A stretch of DNA of 64,000 nt, taken from NCBI GenBank assembly GCA_046328015.1, contig JAXLXH010000001.1:796131-860130 (forward strand), given 5' to 3'. This document shows, one piece after another, positions 45,414-55,699 of the stretch. This DNA comes from Candidatus Sericytochromatia bacterium. GTDB lineage: Bacteria > Cyanobacteriota > Sericytochromatia > UBA7694 > JACMQJ01. The position numbers and the translations under genes are program-made. Position 1 is the stretch's first letter. Every line of letters begins with the position of its first letter. Below the pieces are notes generated by a model that saw nothing but the letters and a program-made list of their open reading frames with translations, was not told where the DNA came from and searched no databases.

Positions 45414-48400
45414 AAGAATCTTTTTATCTAAAACTTATAAAAAACAAATTAGCTATTTTTTTAATTATTTTTTTATTATCTTTTATTGGTTATAAAGTTT
45501 CTAGCAGTATTCCTAAAAGTGTTTTTCCGAATGTTTTTTTCCCAAGAATACAAGTTACTATAGAAAATGGCTATAGCCCTGTAAAACAAATGCTTTTTCA
45601 GATAACTAAAAGTTCTGAAGAAAAATTGAAATCTATTCAAGGAATAGAAAAAGTTGTTTCAGCGACTTCTGTAGGTTCTATAGAAATAAATCTTTATTTT
45701 GATTGGAATACAGATCCTTATTTAGCATATCAACTAGTCCAAGCTAGAATGGCAGAATTAAAAAATGAAATTCCTCCAGAAGCAAAAATAACTATTATTC
45801 AAGCAACTCCAAGTAGATATCCTGTTAGTATTTATGCTTTAGGCTCTGATTCTAAAAAAAGGAGTGAATTAACAAATGAACTTTTTTATAAAATAAAACC
45901 CTATTTACTTTCTGTAAGTGGTATTTATGATGTTGAAATAATTGCTCCAGAATGGGAAGAGTATAAAATAGTTTTAAATACTGAAAAAATTAAAAGTTAT
46001 TCTTTAGATGTAGAAAACATAACTAAAATAATACAAGCTCAAGATAATATTAATTTTTTAGGTTTAATAAAAAATTATCAAAAACAATATGTAGTATCTT
46101 TATACCAAAAAGCAGAAAGCACTAATCAACTTTTAAATTTAAAAATCCCTCTAAATGAAGATAAATACATTAACCTAAGTGAAATAGCTACTATTATAAA
46201 AGATAAAGCTCCAGCTACTAAAATGTCTGCTGGTAGTGGTAATGAGTTTTCAGTAGTATTTAATATTTTAAGGCAACCTAGTGCTAATACTTTAGATGTA
46301 GCAAAAGATGCTGAAGAAAAAATTAATGAGCTTAATAAAGAATTAAAAGCTCAAAATATGGTTATAAAAAAATACTATGACGAAAGTGATTTTATTAATA
46401 AATCTATTCAAGGTGTAAAAGATGCTGTTATTTTAGGAACACTTATAACAACTTTAATAGTTTTTATATTCTTAAGAAAATTTAAATTATCCTTATTTTT
46501 ACTTATATCTGTTCCAGCTGTTTTTATGATTACATCTATAGGATTAAAATTATTTAAATTTGATTTTAATATTTTTGTTTTAGGTGGAATGGCAGCTTCT
46601 GTAGGAGGTTTGATAGATCATATAATAATAGTAATAGAAAATATAGAAAAACATTATAAAAAAACAGGAAATAAACTTGAAGCTGTTATAACTGGTTCTA
46701 AAGAAATTATACCTATAATGAGTATAGCTACTATTATTTCTATATCTTTGTTTTTCCCTTTATTATTAGTATCTGGAGTTGTTGGTGTATTTTTTAAACA
46801 ACTTTCTTTTGTTATTATTAGTTCTTATATAATATCTCAGTTATTAGCTATCTTTTTTACTCCTATTATAGTTTATATATCTTTATCAAATAAAAAATTA
46901 GATAGCAAAAATTTAGAAGAAAAAGGCTTATTTAATTTTATTACTAATATTTCTAATAAATTTTTAGGTAGTATATTTAAAATATCATTTATTTCAATTC
47001 CTCTTACTGTTATTCTAATTTATAGTACTTTTTATATGTATAAAAAAATACCGTATACTTTTTTACCAGAATGGGATGAAGGTGGTGTAGTAGTAGATAT
47101 AGTTTTACCTCATGGAACTTCTTTAGAAAAAAGTTTTGAAGAGTTTATGAAAGTAGGAAATGTTTTAAATAAAATAGAAGAAATTAAAAATTGGACAGTT
47201 AGAGTTGGAGCTTCATTGGGTTCAGTCTCTTCTCAACCTAATGTAGGTGATTTTTTAGTTATTTATAAGGATGATAGAAAAAAATCAGGTGAAGAAATAA
47301 AAGATGAAATAAGAGAAAGGGTTCAAAAAAAGTTTGCTAATTTTGACGAGTTTGATCTACCACAAGTTTTAGAAGATAGATTAGCAGATATTTTAGGTGA
47401 AGAAACACCTATTAGTGTTTTGCTATTTGGAAGTGATCCTGACCAACTAATAGAATGGGGAGATAAATTACAAAAAAGATTAAAAAAAGTAGATATTTTA
47501 GAAGAAGTTAATCTAAAAACTAGTTATACCTCACCATCTATAAATGTGAAACTAAAAGAAGATGCTGAAGTCTTATATGGTATAGATGTTAATGCGTTGG
47601 CTGAACAAATAAATTCCTTATATTTTGGAGAGTTAGTTGGAAATATGGTGAAAGGAGAAAAAATAATAGGTTTAAGAATAATACTTAGTTCTCCAAAAGG
47701 AGATTTGATCAATTATTTAAAAAATGATTTTAAAGTATATTCTCCAAAACTAAAAAACTTTATTCCTATTAGTTATGTCGCAGAATTAAGTTTTTCTGAT
47801 AACATTCCTGAAATAAACCATTATAACCTTTCTCCTATTTCCTTAATTACATTACGTTTTAAGGGAGATAATATGTCTTTAGCTGTTGAAAAAGTAAAAG
47901 AAGAAATAGAAAAATTAAAATTACCTTCGGATATTATTCCAGAAGTAGCAGGTTTTTATAAAGAACAACAAAAATCTTTTGAAGAAATGGTTTTTGTAAT
48001 ACTATTAGCTATTCTAATTATTTTTATTTCTATTCTTCTATTATTTAATGATCTGAAAATAACTATAGCTATAATGCTTGGATTACTAATTAGTCTTTTT
48101 GGCGTTTTTGCAAGCTTAATTATTACCAAAAAACCTCTAGATATTACAGGTTTTATGGGAATGCTAATTGTACTTAGTATTGTTATTAATAATAATATTT
48201 TAATTTTTTATGATTTTATAAGAAATTCTAAAGAGCTTGAAGATAAAAGTAAAGCTTTGCAAATTGCTGTAAAGGAAAGATTTAGAGCCATAGTAATGAC
48301 TATGATCTCTAATGTTTTTTCACTTTTACCCATAGCTTTAGCAATCGGAGCAGGAACAGAAATAATACAAAATATGGCTATATCTATTATGGGTGGCTTA

Positions 48401-48505
48401 GGAATGTCTATTATTTCTAGTTTATTTATTGTACCAATGATTTTTAATTTTTTGGTAAGTTTTGATAGAATGATAAGAATTAGAGTTTTAGGATATAAAT
48501 CATAA
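45410..48505 (+). CDS. RND efflux permease (CusA/CzcA/AcrB superfamily)
   Basis: 1031 aa; VFFPRIQV; TM4 GGLIDHIIIVIENI; LPEWDEGG; RFRAIVMT; 12-TM pattern. Confidence 0.92.
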   Translation: MKESFYLKLIKNKLAIFLIIFLLSFIGYKVSSSIPKSVFPNVFFPRIQVTIENGYSPVKQMLFQITKSSEEKLKSIQGIEKVVSATSVGSIEINLYFDWNTDPYLAYQLVQARMAELKNEIPPEAKITIIQATPSRYPVSIYALGSDSKKRSELTNELFYKIKPYLLSVSGIYDVEIIAPEWEEYKIVLNTEKIKSYSLDVENITKIIQAQDNINFLGLIKNYQKQYVVSLYQKAESTNQLLNLKIPLNEDKYINLSEIATIIKDKAPATKMSAGSGNEFSVVFNILRQPSANTLDVAKDAEEKINELNKELKAQNMVIKKYYDESDFINKSIQGVKDAVILGTLITTLIVFIFLRKFKLSLFLLISVPAVFMITSIGLKLFKFDFNIFVLGGMAASVGGLIDHIIIVIENIEKHYKKTGNKLEAVITGSKEIIPIMSIATIISISLFFPLLLVSGVVGVFFKQLSFVIISSYIISQLLAIFFTPIIVYISLSNKKLDSKNLEEKGLFNFITNISNKFLGSIFKISFISIPLTVILIYSTFYMYKKIPYTFLPEWDEGGVVVDIVLPHGTSLEKSFEEFMKVGNVLNKIEEIKNWTVRVGASLGSVSSQPNVGDFLVIYKDDRKKSGEEIKDEIRERVQKKFANFDEFDLPQVLEDRLADILGEETPISVLLFGSDPDQLIEWGDKLQKRLKKVDILEEVNLKTSYTSPSINVKLKEDAEVLYGIDVNALAEQINSLYFGELVGNMVKGEKIIGLRIILSSPKGDLINYLKNDFKVYSPKLKNFIPISYVAELSFSDNIPEINHYNLSPISLITLRFKGDNMSLAVEKVKEEIEKLKLPSDIIPEVAGFYKEQQKSFEEMVFVILLAILIIFISILLLFNDLKITIAIMLGLLISLFGVFASLIITKKPLDITGFMGMLIVLSIVINNNILIFYDFIRNSKELEDKSKALQIAVKERFRAIVMTMISNVFSLLPIALAIGAGTEIIQNMAISIMGGLGMSIISSLFIVPMIFNFLVSFDRMIRIRVLGYKS

Positions 48506-48577
48506 ATAGGTTAAATTTAAAATACCTATTGTTTTAAAAAAAGATTTATAAGTATTTTGTTTGTATAAACTTAGTTA

Positions 48578-49255
48578 TTGGGTATTTCTAAAATAGTGAA
48601 AATATTAATTGTAGAAGATGAAATAGCTTTAGCTAAAATAGTTAAAATGGGGTTAGAAGAAAATTTTTTTTATGTTGATTTAGCCCATGATGGTGAAATA
48701 GCATTAGATAAAATAATAAAAAATGAGTATTCTGCTATTATATTAGATTTGTCTTTACCTAAAAAAGATGGTATTTCTATACTCAAATTTATTAGAGAAA
48801 ATAATTACAATACCCCTGTTTTAATTCTTACAGCTAAAAATAATATCTCTAATAAAATTGAAGGTTTTAATTCTGGTGCAGATGATTATATTACAAAACC
48901 TTTTGATTTTTCTGAATTATTAGTTAGATTAAATGCAATTATAAGAAGAAGTAAAGGTAAAGCTAATAGTATTATAAAAATTAAAGATCTAGAAATAGAT
49001 ATGAATAAAAGAATTGTAAAAAGAAACCATTTAGAAATAAAGCTTTCTAATAAAGAATATAATTTACTACAATTTTTAGCATTAAATAATGATAGAGTCA
49101 TTACTAGATTTGAAATTTCTGAAAATCTTTATGATTTTGAAACTGATAGTAATATGATAGATGTATATATAAATTACCTTAGAAATAAAATTGATAAAGA
49201 CTTCGAATATAAACTAATAAAAACAATAAGAGGTACTGGATATATTTTACAATAA
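48578..49255 (+). CDS. OmpR-family response regulator (CusR/CzcR-like)
   Basis: LIVEDE, ILDLSLPKKDG, GADDYITKPF, VYINYLRNKID, TIRGTGY; likely start GTG 48596. Confidence 0.93.
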   Translation: MGISKIVKILIVEDEIALAKIVKMGLEENFFYVDLAHDGEIALDKIIKNEYSAIILDLSLPKKDGISILKFIRENNYNTPVLILTAKNNISNKIEGFNSGADDYITKPFDFSELLVRLNAIIRRSKGKANSIIKIKDLEIDMNKRIVKRNHLEIKLSNKEYNLLQFLALNNDRVITRFEISENLYDFETDSNMIDVYINYLRNKIDKDFEYKLIKTIRGTGYILQ

Positions 49256-49358
49256 ATACTTTAAATCTATAAAAAATAAATTATTTTTACTATTTATAAT
49301 TTTATCAATAATATTATTTATAATTTTAGGCTTAATTTTAACTTCTATATCTGAAAAA

Positions 49359-50648
49359 ATGTCTTATGATCTTATATTTGATGAAGTTTCATATAAAATG
49401 AATGTTTTAATAGGTTTATTAGAATATGAACATGGTAAAGTAGAACTAGAATATGAAGAGTTTTTATCAAAGCAAGATTTAACACCTAAATCTGGTCATT
49501 ACTATAAAATAAAAATAGATGATAAAATAACTTTTTTTTCTCCTTCATTAACTAGTAAAAATTTTTCTTTTGATGAAAAAAAAGTATTAAAAAAAACAAC
49601 TAATAAAAAATATTTTTTATCTGTTGGTCCTGCTAATGAAAATCTTATAGTTATGAAAAAAACTATAAAATTCCATCATAAAAAAATAACTTTATATGTA
49701 GCAGAAAACATTGATAATAAACTAGTAAGTATTACTAATTTTAAAATATTTACTTTTATAATATTTTTATTTTTTATAGCTATTTATTCAATAAGTATGT
49801 ATTTTATAATAAAAAAATCTTTTAACCCTCTAGAAGAACTTTCATATGAAATAGAAACGATAACTCATAAAAATATAAATAAAATAATTTCACTAAAAAC
49901 TAATGATGAAGAATTAGTAGTTTTGGTTAATTCTTTTAATCGAATGATTCAAAGATTAGATAATGCTTTTCAAACAGAAAAAAATGTAATAGCTGAAGCC
50001 TCTCATAAATTAAAAACACCTATTAGCGTAATAAAAACTCATTGTCAAATAATTCTTTCTAAAGATAGAAATAAAGAGGATTATATAGAATCTATAAAAA
50101 TTATAAATAACTATATAAATCAAATAACTAGGTTAATAACTGATATTTTATCTATAGCTTACTTAGATTCTGAAGAAATTTTATCTTCTGAAGATAAAAA
50201 TATTTCTATTTTAGCTTGTATAAAAGATGCCTTGGAAATTCTAACCTATTCTATAAAAGAAAAACAAATTATTATAAAAATAAATAATGATGATAAAGAT
50301 GATGTTTTTATTAATGCAGATAAAAATAAAATAATTGATATTTTTTATCTAATTTTAGAAAATGCTATAAAATATAATAAATTAAAAGGAGAAATAGAAA
50401 TAAAATTTTATTCTGAAAATAATTATAATATTATTTGTTTTATAGATACTGGAATTGGAATTTCAGAAAAAGATCTTAAAAATATTTTTGATAGATTTTA
50501 TAGATCTAATGAAGTTTCAAATATAGAAGGAAGTGGATTAGGTTTAAGTATAGCAAAAAAAATTGTGGAAAAATATAACGGTAAAATTGAAGTTGAAAGT
50601 ATTTTGGATAAAGGCTCTTGTTTTAAAGTATTTTTACCAATAATATAA
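49359..50648 (+). CDS. Sensor histidine kinase with HAMP domain; true start probably upstream
   Basis: EASHKLKTP, NAIKYN, DTGIGI, FDRFYR, GSGLGLSI; the frame is open upstream to 49230 and encodes the first TM helix. Confidence 0.9.
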   Translation: MSYDLIFDEVSYKMNVLIGLLEYEHGKVELEYEEFLSKQDLTPKSGHYYKIKIDDKITFFSPSLTSKNFSFDEKKVLKKTTNKKYFLSVGPANENLIVMKKTIKFHHKKITLYVAENIDNKLVSITNFKIFTFIIFLFFIAIYSISMYFIIKKSFNPLEELSYEIETITHKNINKIISLKTNDEELVVLVNSFNRMIQRLDNAFQTEKNVIAEASHKLKTPISVIKTHCQIILSKDRNKEDYIESIKIINNYINQITRLITDILSIAYLDSEEILSSEDKNISILACIKDALEILTYSIKEKQIIIKINNDDKDDVFINADKNKIIDIFYLILENAIKYNKLKGEIEIKFYSENNYNIICFIDTGIGISEKDLKNIFDRFYRSNEVSNIEGSGLGLSIAKKIVEKYNGKIEVESILDKGSCFKVFLPII

Positions 50649-50652
50649 GCAT

Positions 50653-50682
50653 AAAAAAAGAGAGGCATTAACCTCTCTTTTT
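50653..50682. terminator. Bidirectional intrinsic terminator
   Basis: AAAAAAAGAGAGG CATTAA CCTCTCTTTTT between convergent genes. Confidence 0.8.
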
Positions 50683-50695
50683 AAGTTTAATTTAT

Positions 50696-51952
50696 TTATG
50701 AAGCAGATGTTGTAGTAGCTGTACTAGCAGTGGTAGATGCACTAGCATCACTTGCTGTAGTAGTAGCTGCTTCAGTAGCTTCAACTTTAGCTTCAACACT
50801 TGCTACAGTTTCAGTTTTTGGTGCTGCACCATCAACTGCTGTTGTTACCATTGCAGAACCATCAGTTTTTTCTTCAACAGTTACAGTTGCTTTAGTAGCA
50901 GGATCTTGAACCATAGTTTTTACTCCACCTGTTGTGGTTATATTAGAGGTAAAATCACGTTTGGTAACTTTTCCATCTTTTGCAGTTATAGTAATTGTAC
51001 CAACTGCACTTCCATTTCCAGATGCATCTAAAGTGGTTTCTCTATGAACTTCTCTTTTTCTTCCATCTTTCCAAGTTACTACAGAATCAAATACTATTTT
51101 TTTAGAACCATCATCATTAGCTGTTACGGTTCTTGTTACTTTTCTATCAAAGTTTTTGTGTGTAGCTGTTAATTCATGTGTTGCATTATCAAGTTTACCG
51201 TCAGAACCTACTGTTCTTACGTTAACAATATCTCTTTTGATTCCAGTTCTTTTGTTTTCAAAATTAACTGTAGCTGTTTTTGTGTTAGAACCATCATCAT
51301 TTTTTTGTTCTTTTACATCAGAAGTTCTTACCACATTATTTTTTCTTTTTAATTTTTCTAATTCTTGTTTAGCAATTTCTTTAACTGCTTTAAAGTTTTC
51401 TTTTAATTTTGCAGTATCTACAGTAAGAGTACCATTTTCATTTCTAGTTACTGCACCATTTCCAAGTATTGCTTTTTTAATTTGAGCTCTTGGTTTTGCT
51501 GTAGCATTAGCTTTAGCCTCAGCTTTTAATTCAGCTTTTATTTCTTTTACATCTGCTTTAGCATCAACTTTAGCAGCAATAGCAGTTGCTAAAGGTCCAG
51601 ATTGTAAAGGTAAAGCTGCTTTAACAGAAAAAGATTTATCAGAACTAGATAAAGATGTATCTGAATCATCTAAGTATTTTTCATCTTCAGAATCCATTAA
51701 AAGGGCATCTTGAACTTCAGCAGAAAAAGTTTGTGCATTTTGAGGTGCAGTTGAAGATGTATAATCAACTGTAGCTGTTGAAGTAGAAGTGTTAGCAGAG
51801 CTAGAAGAATTAGAGCTTGATGAAGGATTTGTTACAGAACTATTATTATTTGTAGTTGCTGGTTTATTAGCCATAGGTTGTTGGCATCCAGAAATTCCAC
51901 CTACACCAATTAATAATGCTAAGCTTAATCCTAAAAATTTACTTGTATTCAT
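50696..51952 (-). CDS. Hypothetical lipoprotein with Ser/Thr-rich linkers and beta-rich core
   Basis: MNTSKFLGLSLALLIGVGGISGC lipobox (start 51952); biased codon usage suggests high expression. Confidence 0.75.
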   Translation of the reverse strand: MNTSKFLGLSLALLIGVGGISGCQQPMANKPATTNNNSSVTNPSSSSNSSSSANTSTSTATVDYTSSTAPQNAQTFSAEVQDALLMDSEDEKYLDDSDTSLSSSDKSFSVKAALPLQSGPLATAIAAKVDAKADVKEIKAELKAEAKANATAKPRAQIKKAILGNGAVTRNENGTLTVDTAKLKENFKAVKEIAKQELEKLKRKNNVVRTSDVKEQKNDDGSNTKTATVNFENKRTGIKRDIVNVRTVGSDGKLDNATHELTATHKNFDRKVTRTVTANDDGSKKIVFDSVVTWKDGRKREVHRETTLDASGNGSAVGTITITAKDGKVTKRDFTSNITTTGGVKTMVQDPATKATVTVEEKTDGSAMVTTAVDGAAPKTETVASVEAKVEATEAATTTASDASASTTASTATTTSAS

Positions 51953-52067
51953 TTTCTTTTTTCCTTTCAAAAACTAAATTTATTTTCTATAACTTAATCA
52001 TAAAATATTACTGTTTACATTTTTGATTACAATAATATAAAAAAAATTATGTAAACTGTTTACATGC

Positions 52068-52571
52068 TTATTTCTTAGTAAAATTTGCAAAAGAAGAAAC
52101 TTTTGCTACACCATATTCAACATTAGAAAGCTTTTCAGATTTACTTCTTACATTTCTAATTCTAACTCTAAAATAATCATCTACTTTTTCTTTTGGATCA
52201 ATGTTTAATGAAATTTGTGTAACTTTACCTTTTTTATCTTTATCAAGCGGATCAGGAACGTGTTGAACAAAACTTACATTACATTTTTTACCATCAACTG
52301 CTGTAAACCATTTACCTTTTATAGGTATAACATGCTCTACTAAATAATTATCAGGATTTTTTACAGATTTAGATACCATATCTTGCTTCCATCTTATCTC
52401 TAAAATAGCAAATTTATCAGATTTAGTATAAGTTACTGCTTTAACCATTTTACTATCTGTTGGAACTAAAGTAACAGCATTAACTATTTTGTCATAAAGA
52501 AATACTGATAAGAAAACTAATAACACTATAACAAATGTAGCCATAATTCTTATCTGAAGTCTTCTAGTCAT
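52068..52571 (-). CDS. Hypothetical membrane-anchored protein
   Basis: N-terminal TM segment followed by a beta-rich domain. Confidence 0.65.
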   Translation of the reverse strand: MTRRLQIRIMATFVIVLLVFLSVFLYDKIVNAVTLVPTDSKMVKAVTYTKSDKFAILEIRWKQDMVSKSVKNPDNYLVEHVIPIKGKWFTAVDGKKCNVSFVQHVPDPLDKDKKGKVTQISLNIDPKEKVDDYFRVRIRNVRSKSEKLSNVEYGVAKVSSFANFTKK

Positions 52572-53027
52572 TAAAATATCCTCTCGATTATATATTATTT
52601 TTTGAGCATTAATATATTATAACAATCAATTTAAAAAAGTTTAAATATTAATATAAAAAAAAAATGTTTAAAATTTATAAAAAAACGTAAAAAAAACTTT
52701 TTTCTAAAAAAGATTAATATTTGTTATTTATAACTAAAAAATGCTTATATTAAATTCAATCTATTTTTTACTATTATTTTTATTATTTATTTTTATTTTA
52801 ACTATAAAGTTACCTTTAAAGGTATATTCAACGGAAAAAAAAGTTAAAAAAATTACTTAAAAACCCTAAAAAACCTACAAAAAGGTATAGACATATTTAA
52901 ATATTTAAAATAAAATAAGTTTTTAGAATTTGTATAACATATTATGAATGTCAATATAACAAATGTTTTGGTTTTAATATTCTGATAGTTATGCATTCTT
53001 GTGATTGTTAATAAGAGGAATTCTACC

Positions 53028-53354
53028 GTGAACAAAGAAGAATTAGTAAGTGCGATTGCAGCAGCAACTAAAATGACCAAAAAAGACGTTGGCACAGCAT
53101 TAGATGGAACTTTAAAATGTGTTTCTGATGCTCTTAAAAACGGAGATAAAGTTACATTAGTAGGTTTTGGAACATTCCAAGTTAAACAAAGAGCAGCTAG
53201 AGAAGGAAGAAACCCTAAATCAGGTGAAGTTTTAAAAATACCTGCTAAAAAAGTTCCTTCATTTACAGCTGGTAAAGGTTTAAGAGATGCTGTTCAACCA
53301 CCTGTAGCAAAAGCAGCTCCAGCTAAAAAAGCAGCTCCAGCTAAAAAGAAATAA
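53028..53354 (+). CDS. hup: HU DNA-binding protein with C-terminal PAKKA tail
   Basis: GTG start with AAGAGGA RBS; MNKEELV, VTLVGFGTF, GRNPKSGE, FTAGKGLRDAV; tail PPVAKAAPAKKAAPAKKK. Confidence 0.95.
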   Translation: MNKEELVSAIAAATKMTKKDVGTALDGTLKCVSDALKNGDKVTLVGFGTFQVKQRAAREGRNPKSGEVLKIPAKKVPSFTAGKGLRDAVQPPVAKAAPAKKAAPAKKK

Positions 53355-53366
53355 TAGAAAATATTT

Positions 53367-53393
53367 AAAGAGCCTTTTTTAGGCTCTTTTTTT
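53367..53393 (+). terminator. Intrinsic terminator after hup
   Basis: AAAGAGCCT TTTTT AGGCTCTTT followed by a T-run. Confidence 0.8.
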
Positions 53394-53413
53394 GTTTAAA
53401 TACTTTAATAACT

Positions 53414-53608
53414 ATGGAAAGCCTAAAAGAATTTTTTAAATATCCTCAAGTTCCTTTAACATTAGGAGTTATACTTCTTTGTACAGCCTTTTTAGAAGTT
53501 ATTAATGTTTCTATTTTTTTTATAAAAATAAAAATGTCTTTTGGTATAATCCTTTTAGGATTCTATCATATTCTTAAAGGTATCTCTACCATAGGAGATT
53601 CAGATTAA
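53414..53608 (+). CDS. Small two-TM membrane protein
   Basis: 64 aa with two hydrophobic helices; 2 bp from the next ORF. Confidence 0.5.
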   Translation: MESLKEFFKYPQVPLTLGVILLCTAFLEVINVSIFFIKIKMSFGIILLGFYHILKGISTIGDSD

Positions 53609-53610
53609 TA

Positions 53611-54330
53611 ATGACTTCAAATTTTATATTTCCTAAATTTAGTAAAAAAAATTTAACAAAGCTACTGATTATTACTTTTAATTTATTACTTATTACCTTA
53701 AATGCTACTGCAAAAGAAATAACTTATATTACTATAGGTAATCATCAATCTCAAAATATAACCGAATTAAATAAAGTTTTAAATAAAAATGGCTACCCTT
53801 CTTTTACTGGTAATGCTTATTATTGGGGGACAGGGAGTAGAAACATAAGTGGTAATATTGTTACAGGTAGTGAAACTAATACTGTATTAGAAACTAATGT
53901 TTTAAGAGATAATAAAATACACTCTTCGTATATTTCAGGAAAATTTAGCTCTATATTAAATGTTGGTTATACTGTTTATAATAGTGAAAATTTTAATATT
54001 TATCCTTTAGTTGGTTTAGGTTTAGGAGCAGAATATTTAGACTTTTATAAAAAACCGTCTTCAACAAATTTTGAAGATATTTTGAAAAACCCTGAAAATG
54101 GCTCTAGTCTTATAAATACAACATTTGTAAGTGATATAGGTTTAGCTATGGACTATGTAGTAAGATTTGGTAAAAAAGATAAACCAGTTGGAATTACATT
54201 AGGTTTTAGTTTAAAAGAATATAAATTAGTAAATACACCTGATTTAAATAGCTCAGGTTTTTATATAAAAATGTTTGCAGGATACGAAGAAGGTATTATT
54301 CCTGCTGTATTAGGGCTTTTTTCTAACTAA
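53611..54330 (+). CDS. Hypothetical exported protein, possible outer-membrane beta-barrel
   Basis: Signal peptide; alternating patterns such as LNVGYTVY and IYPLVGLGLG. Confidence 0.6.
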   Translation: MTSNFIFPKFSKKNLTKLLIITFNLLLITLNATAKEITYITIGNHQSQNITELNKVLNKNGYPSFTGNAYYWGTGSRNISGNIVTGSETNTVLETNVLRDNKIHSSYISGKFSSILNVGYTVYNSENFNIYPLVGLGLGAEYLDFYKKPSSTNFEDILKNPENGSSLINTTFVSDIGLAMDYVVRFGKKDKPVGITLGFSLKEYKLVNTPDLNSSGFYIKMFAGYEEGIIPAVLGLFSN

Positions 54331-55577
54331 TGATTGAATTTTATCCAATAATAAGACCTTTTTTACAACCTATTATAGGTGCCTTTCATGGTTGGTTTGC
54401 AACTAGAATGGTTGTTGTAATGTTATTTAGACCCCATGAAACCTATTATATTTGGGGAAGGAGAGTACCTTTTACTCCAGGTATTTTTCCAAGAAGAAAA
54501 TCAGCCTTAGCAAGTAATATAGGCAGAACTGTTACAGAGTCTTTATTAACACCTCAAGATATAGGTAAAAGATTAGAAACTTTTATAACAGAAGAAAATA
54601 TTAATAAAGTAGTAAATCTAATTATAGAAAAATTTTTACCTAATTTAGAAAGTCCAGAATTATTAGAAAAAATATCTAATAATGTAGTTAGATTTATTCC
54701 AACTTCTATAGATGGTTTTTCTAAAAAATATCTAGAAGAGCTTATTAATAATAAAGATGATAAATTATCAAAAATAGTTGATTATATTGTAAATGATGTT
54801 ATTTTAGAATTAAAAATAAAAGAAGAAGATGCTACATCTATTATTAATTATGTTTTTGAAAACTTTATTTCACCCCAAAATGTAAGAGTAACTTTATACA
54901 ACTCTTTAACTCCAGAGAGAGCTACAAATTTACAGAATATGCTCAGAGAAAGAACTTCTGGTGCCTTAAAATTTATTTTATCTTTTGCCAACTTAGAAAG
55001 TATTTTTAATAACTTAAAAGAATATTTAAATAATGAACCAGAAGCATCTGAAGAATTAATAGCTGATATTATTAATCAATTAAAACTAAAAGAAGATCTT
55101 ATTTCTAAACTACTTACTTTAGATTTAAAAACACTCTCTTTTAAAGATATAGCTAATATAAAACATACTTTATATACAGGTATTTCTGATTATTTAAAAA
55201 ATAATCAAGCAACTATAGATAATGCACTATCTTCTATAAAAGGCTCTTTGGAAAATATTGTAAGAGATAAAATAATTAGCTTTAAGATAACTAGTATAAA
55301 ACCAGAATTATTTGATAGCGTTAAATCACAACTTACCATCTTTATTTTTAATTATTTACAAAGAGAAGCAATAAACTTAGTTGATAAAGGATTATCAACT
55401 TTAAAACCTAGAGAAATGATAGAAACTAAAATAAATGCTTATAGTTCTCAAAATGTAGAAGATCTAATTTTGGGTATAATGAAAAAAGAACTTAAAAATT
55501 TAGAGATTTTAGGTTTAATTATAGGTATTTTACTTGGAATAATAGCATTAGGAATAGAAAAATTTTTACCTTATTAA
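54330..55577 (+). CDS. DUF445 family protein
   Basis: IIGAFHGWFATRMVVVMLFRP, PFTPGIFPRR, C-terminal KELKNLEILGLIIG. Confidence 0.85.
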   Translation: MIEFYPIIRPFLQPIIGAFHGWFATRMVVVMLFRPHETYYIWGRRVPFTPGIFPRRKSALASNIGRTVTESLLTPQDIGKRLETFITEENINKVVNLIIEKFLPNLESPELLEKISNNVVRFIPTSIDGFSKKYLEELINNKDDKLSKIVDYIVNDVILELKIKEEDATSIINYVFENFISPQNVRVTLYNSLTPERATNLQNMLRERTSGALKFILSFANLESIFNNLKEYLNNEPEASEELIADIINQLKLKEDLISKLLTLDLKTLSFKDIANIKHTLYTGISDYLKNNQATIDNALSSIKGSLENIVRDKIISFKITSIKPELFDSVKSQLTIFIFNYLQREAINLVDKGLSTLKPREMIETKINAYSSQNVEDLILGIMKKELKNLEILGLIIGILLGIIALGIEKFLPY

Positions 55578-55592
55578 ATTCATTCTTACTAG

Positions 55593-55699
55593 AGAATACC
55601 TCAGAGCTATGCTCTGGGGTTTCATAGGGGTACGGGGGCTCTGCCCCCGCTCCCTTCCTCCTTCGGAGTTGATACCTCGCAGGAGGTATTAAATTCATT
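55593..55699. mobile_element. Short palindrome-bounded element (PATE/REP-like), copy 2
   Basis: Same ends as 39317-39400; TATTAAATTCATTCT occurs at 55572-55586 and again at 55687-55701. Confidence 0.7.

Noticed and set aside
52010-52065. Palindrome ATGTAAACTGTTTACAT and repeated ACTGTTTACAT as a regulator site
   Set aside because: It lies right at the stop of the 52068 gene and could be a weak terminator; the spacing does not fit a clear box and it cannot be resolved from sequence.
39317-55699. GC-rich hairpin segments as tRNA or structured ncRNA genes
   Set aside because: No cloverleaf, T-loop or CCA pattern; the near-identical ends of the two copies fit mobile palindromic elements better.
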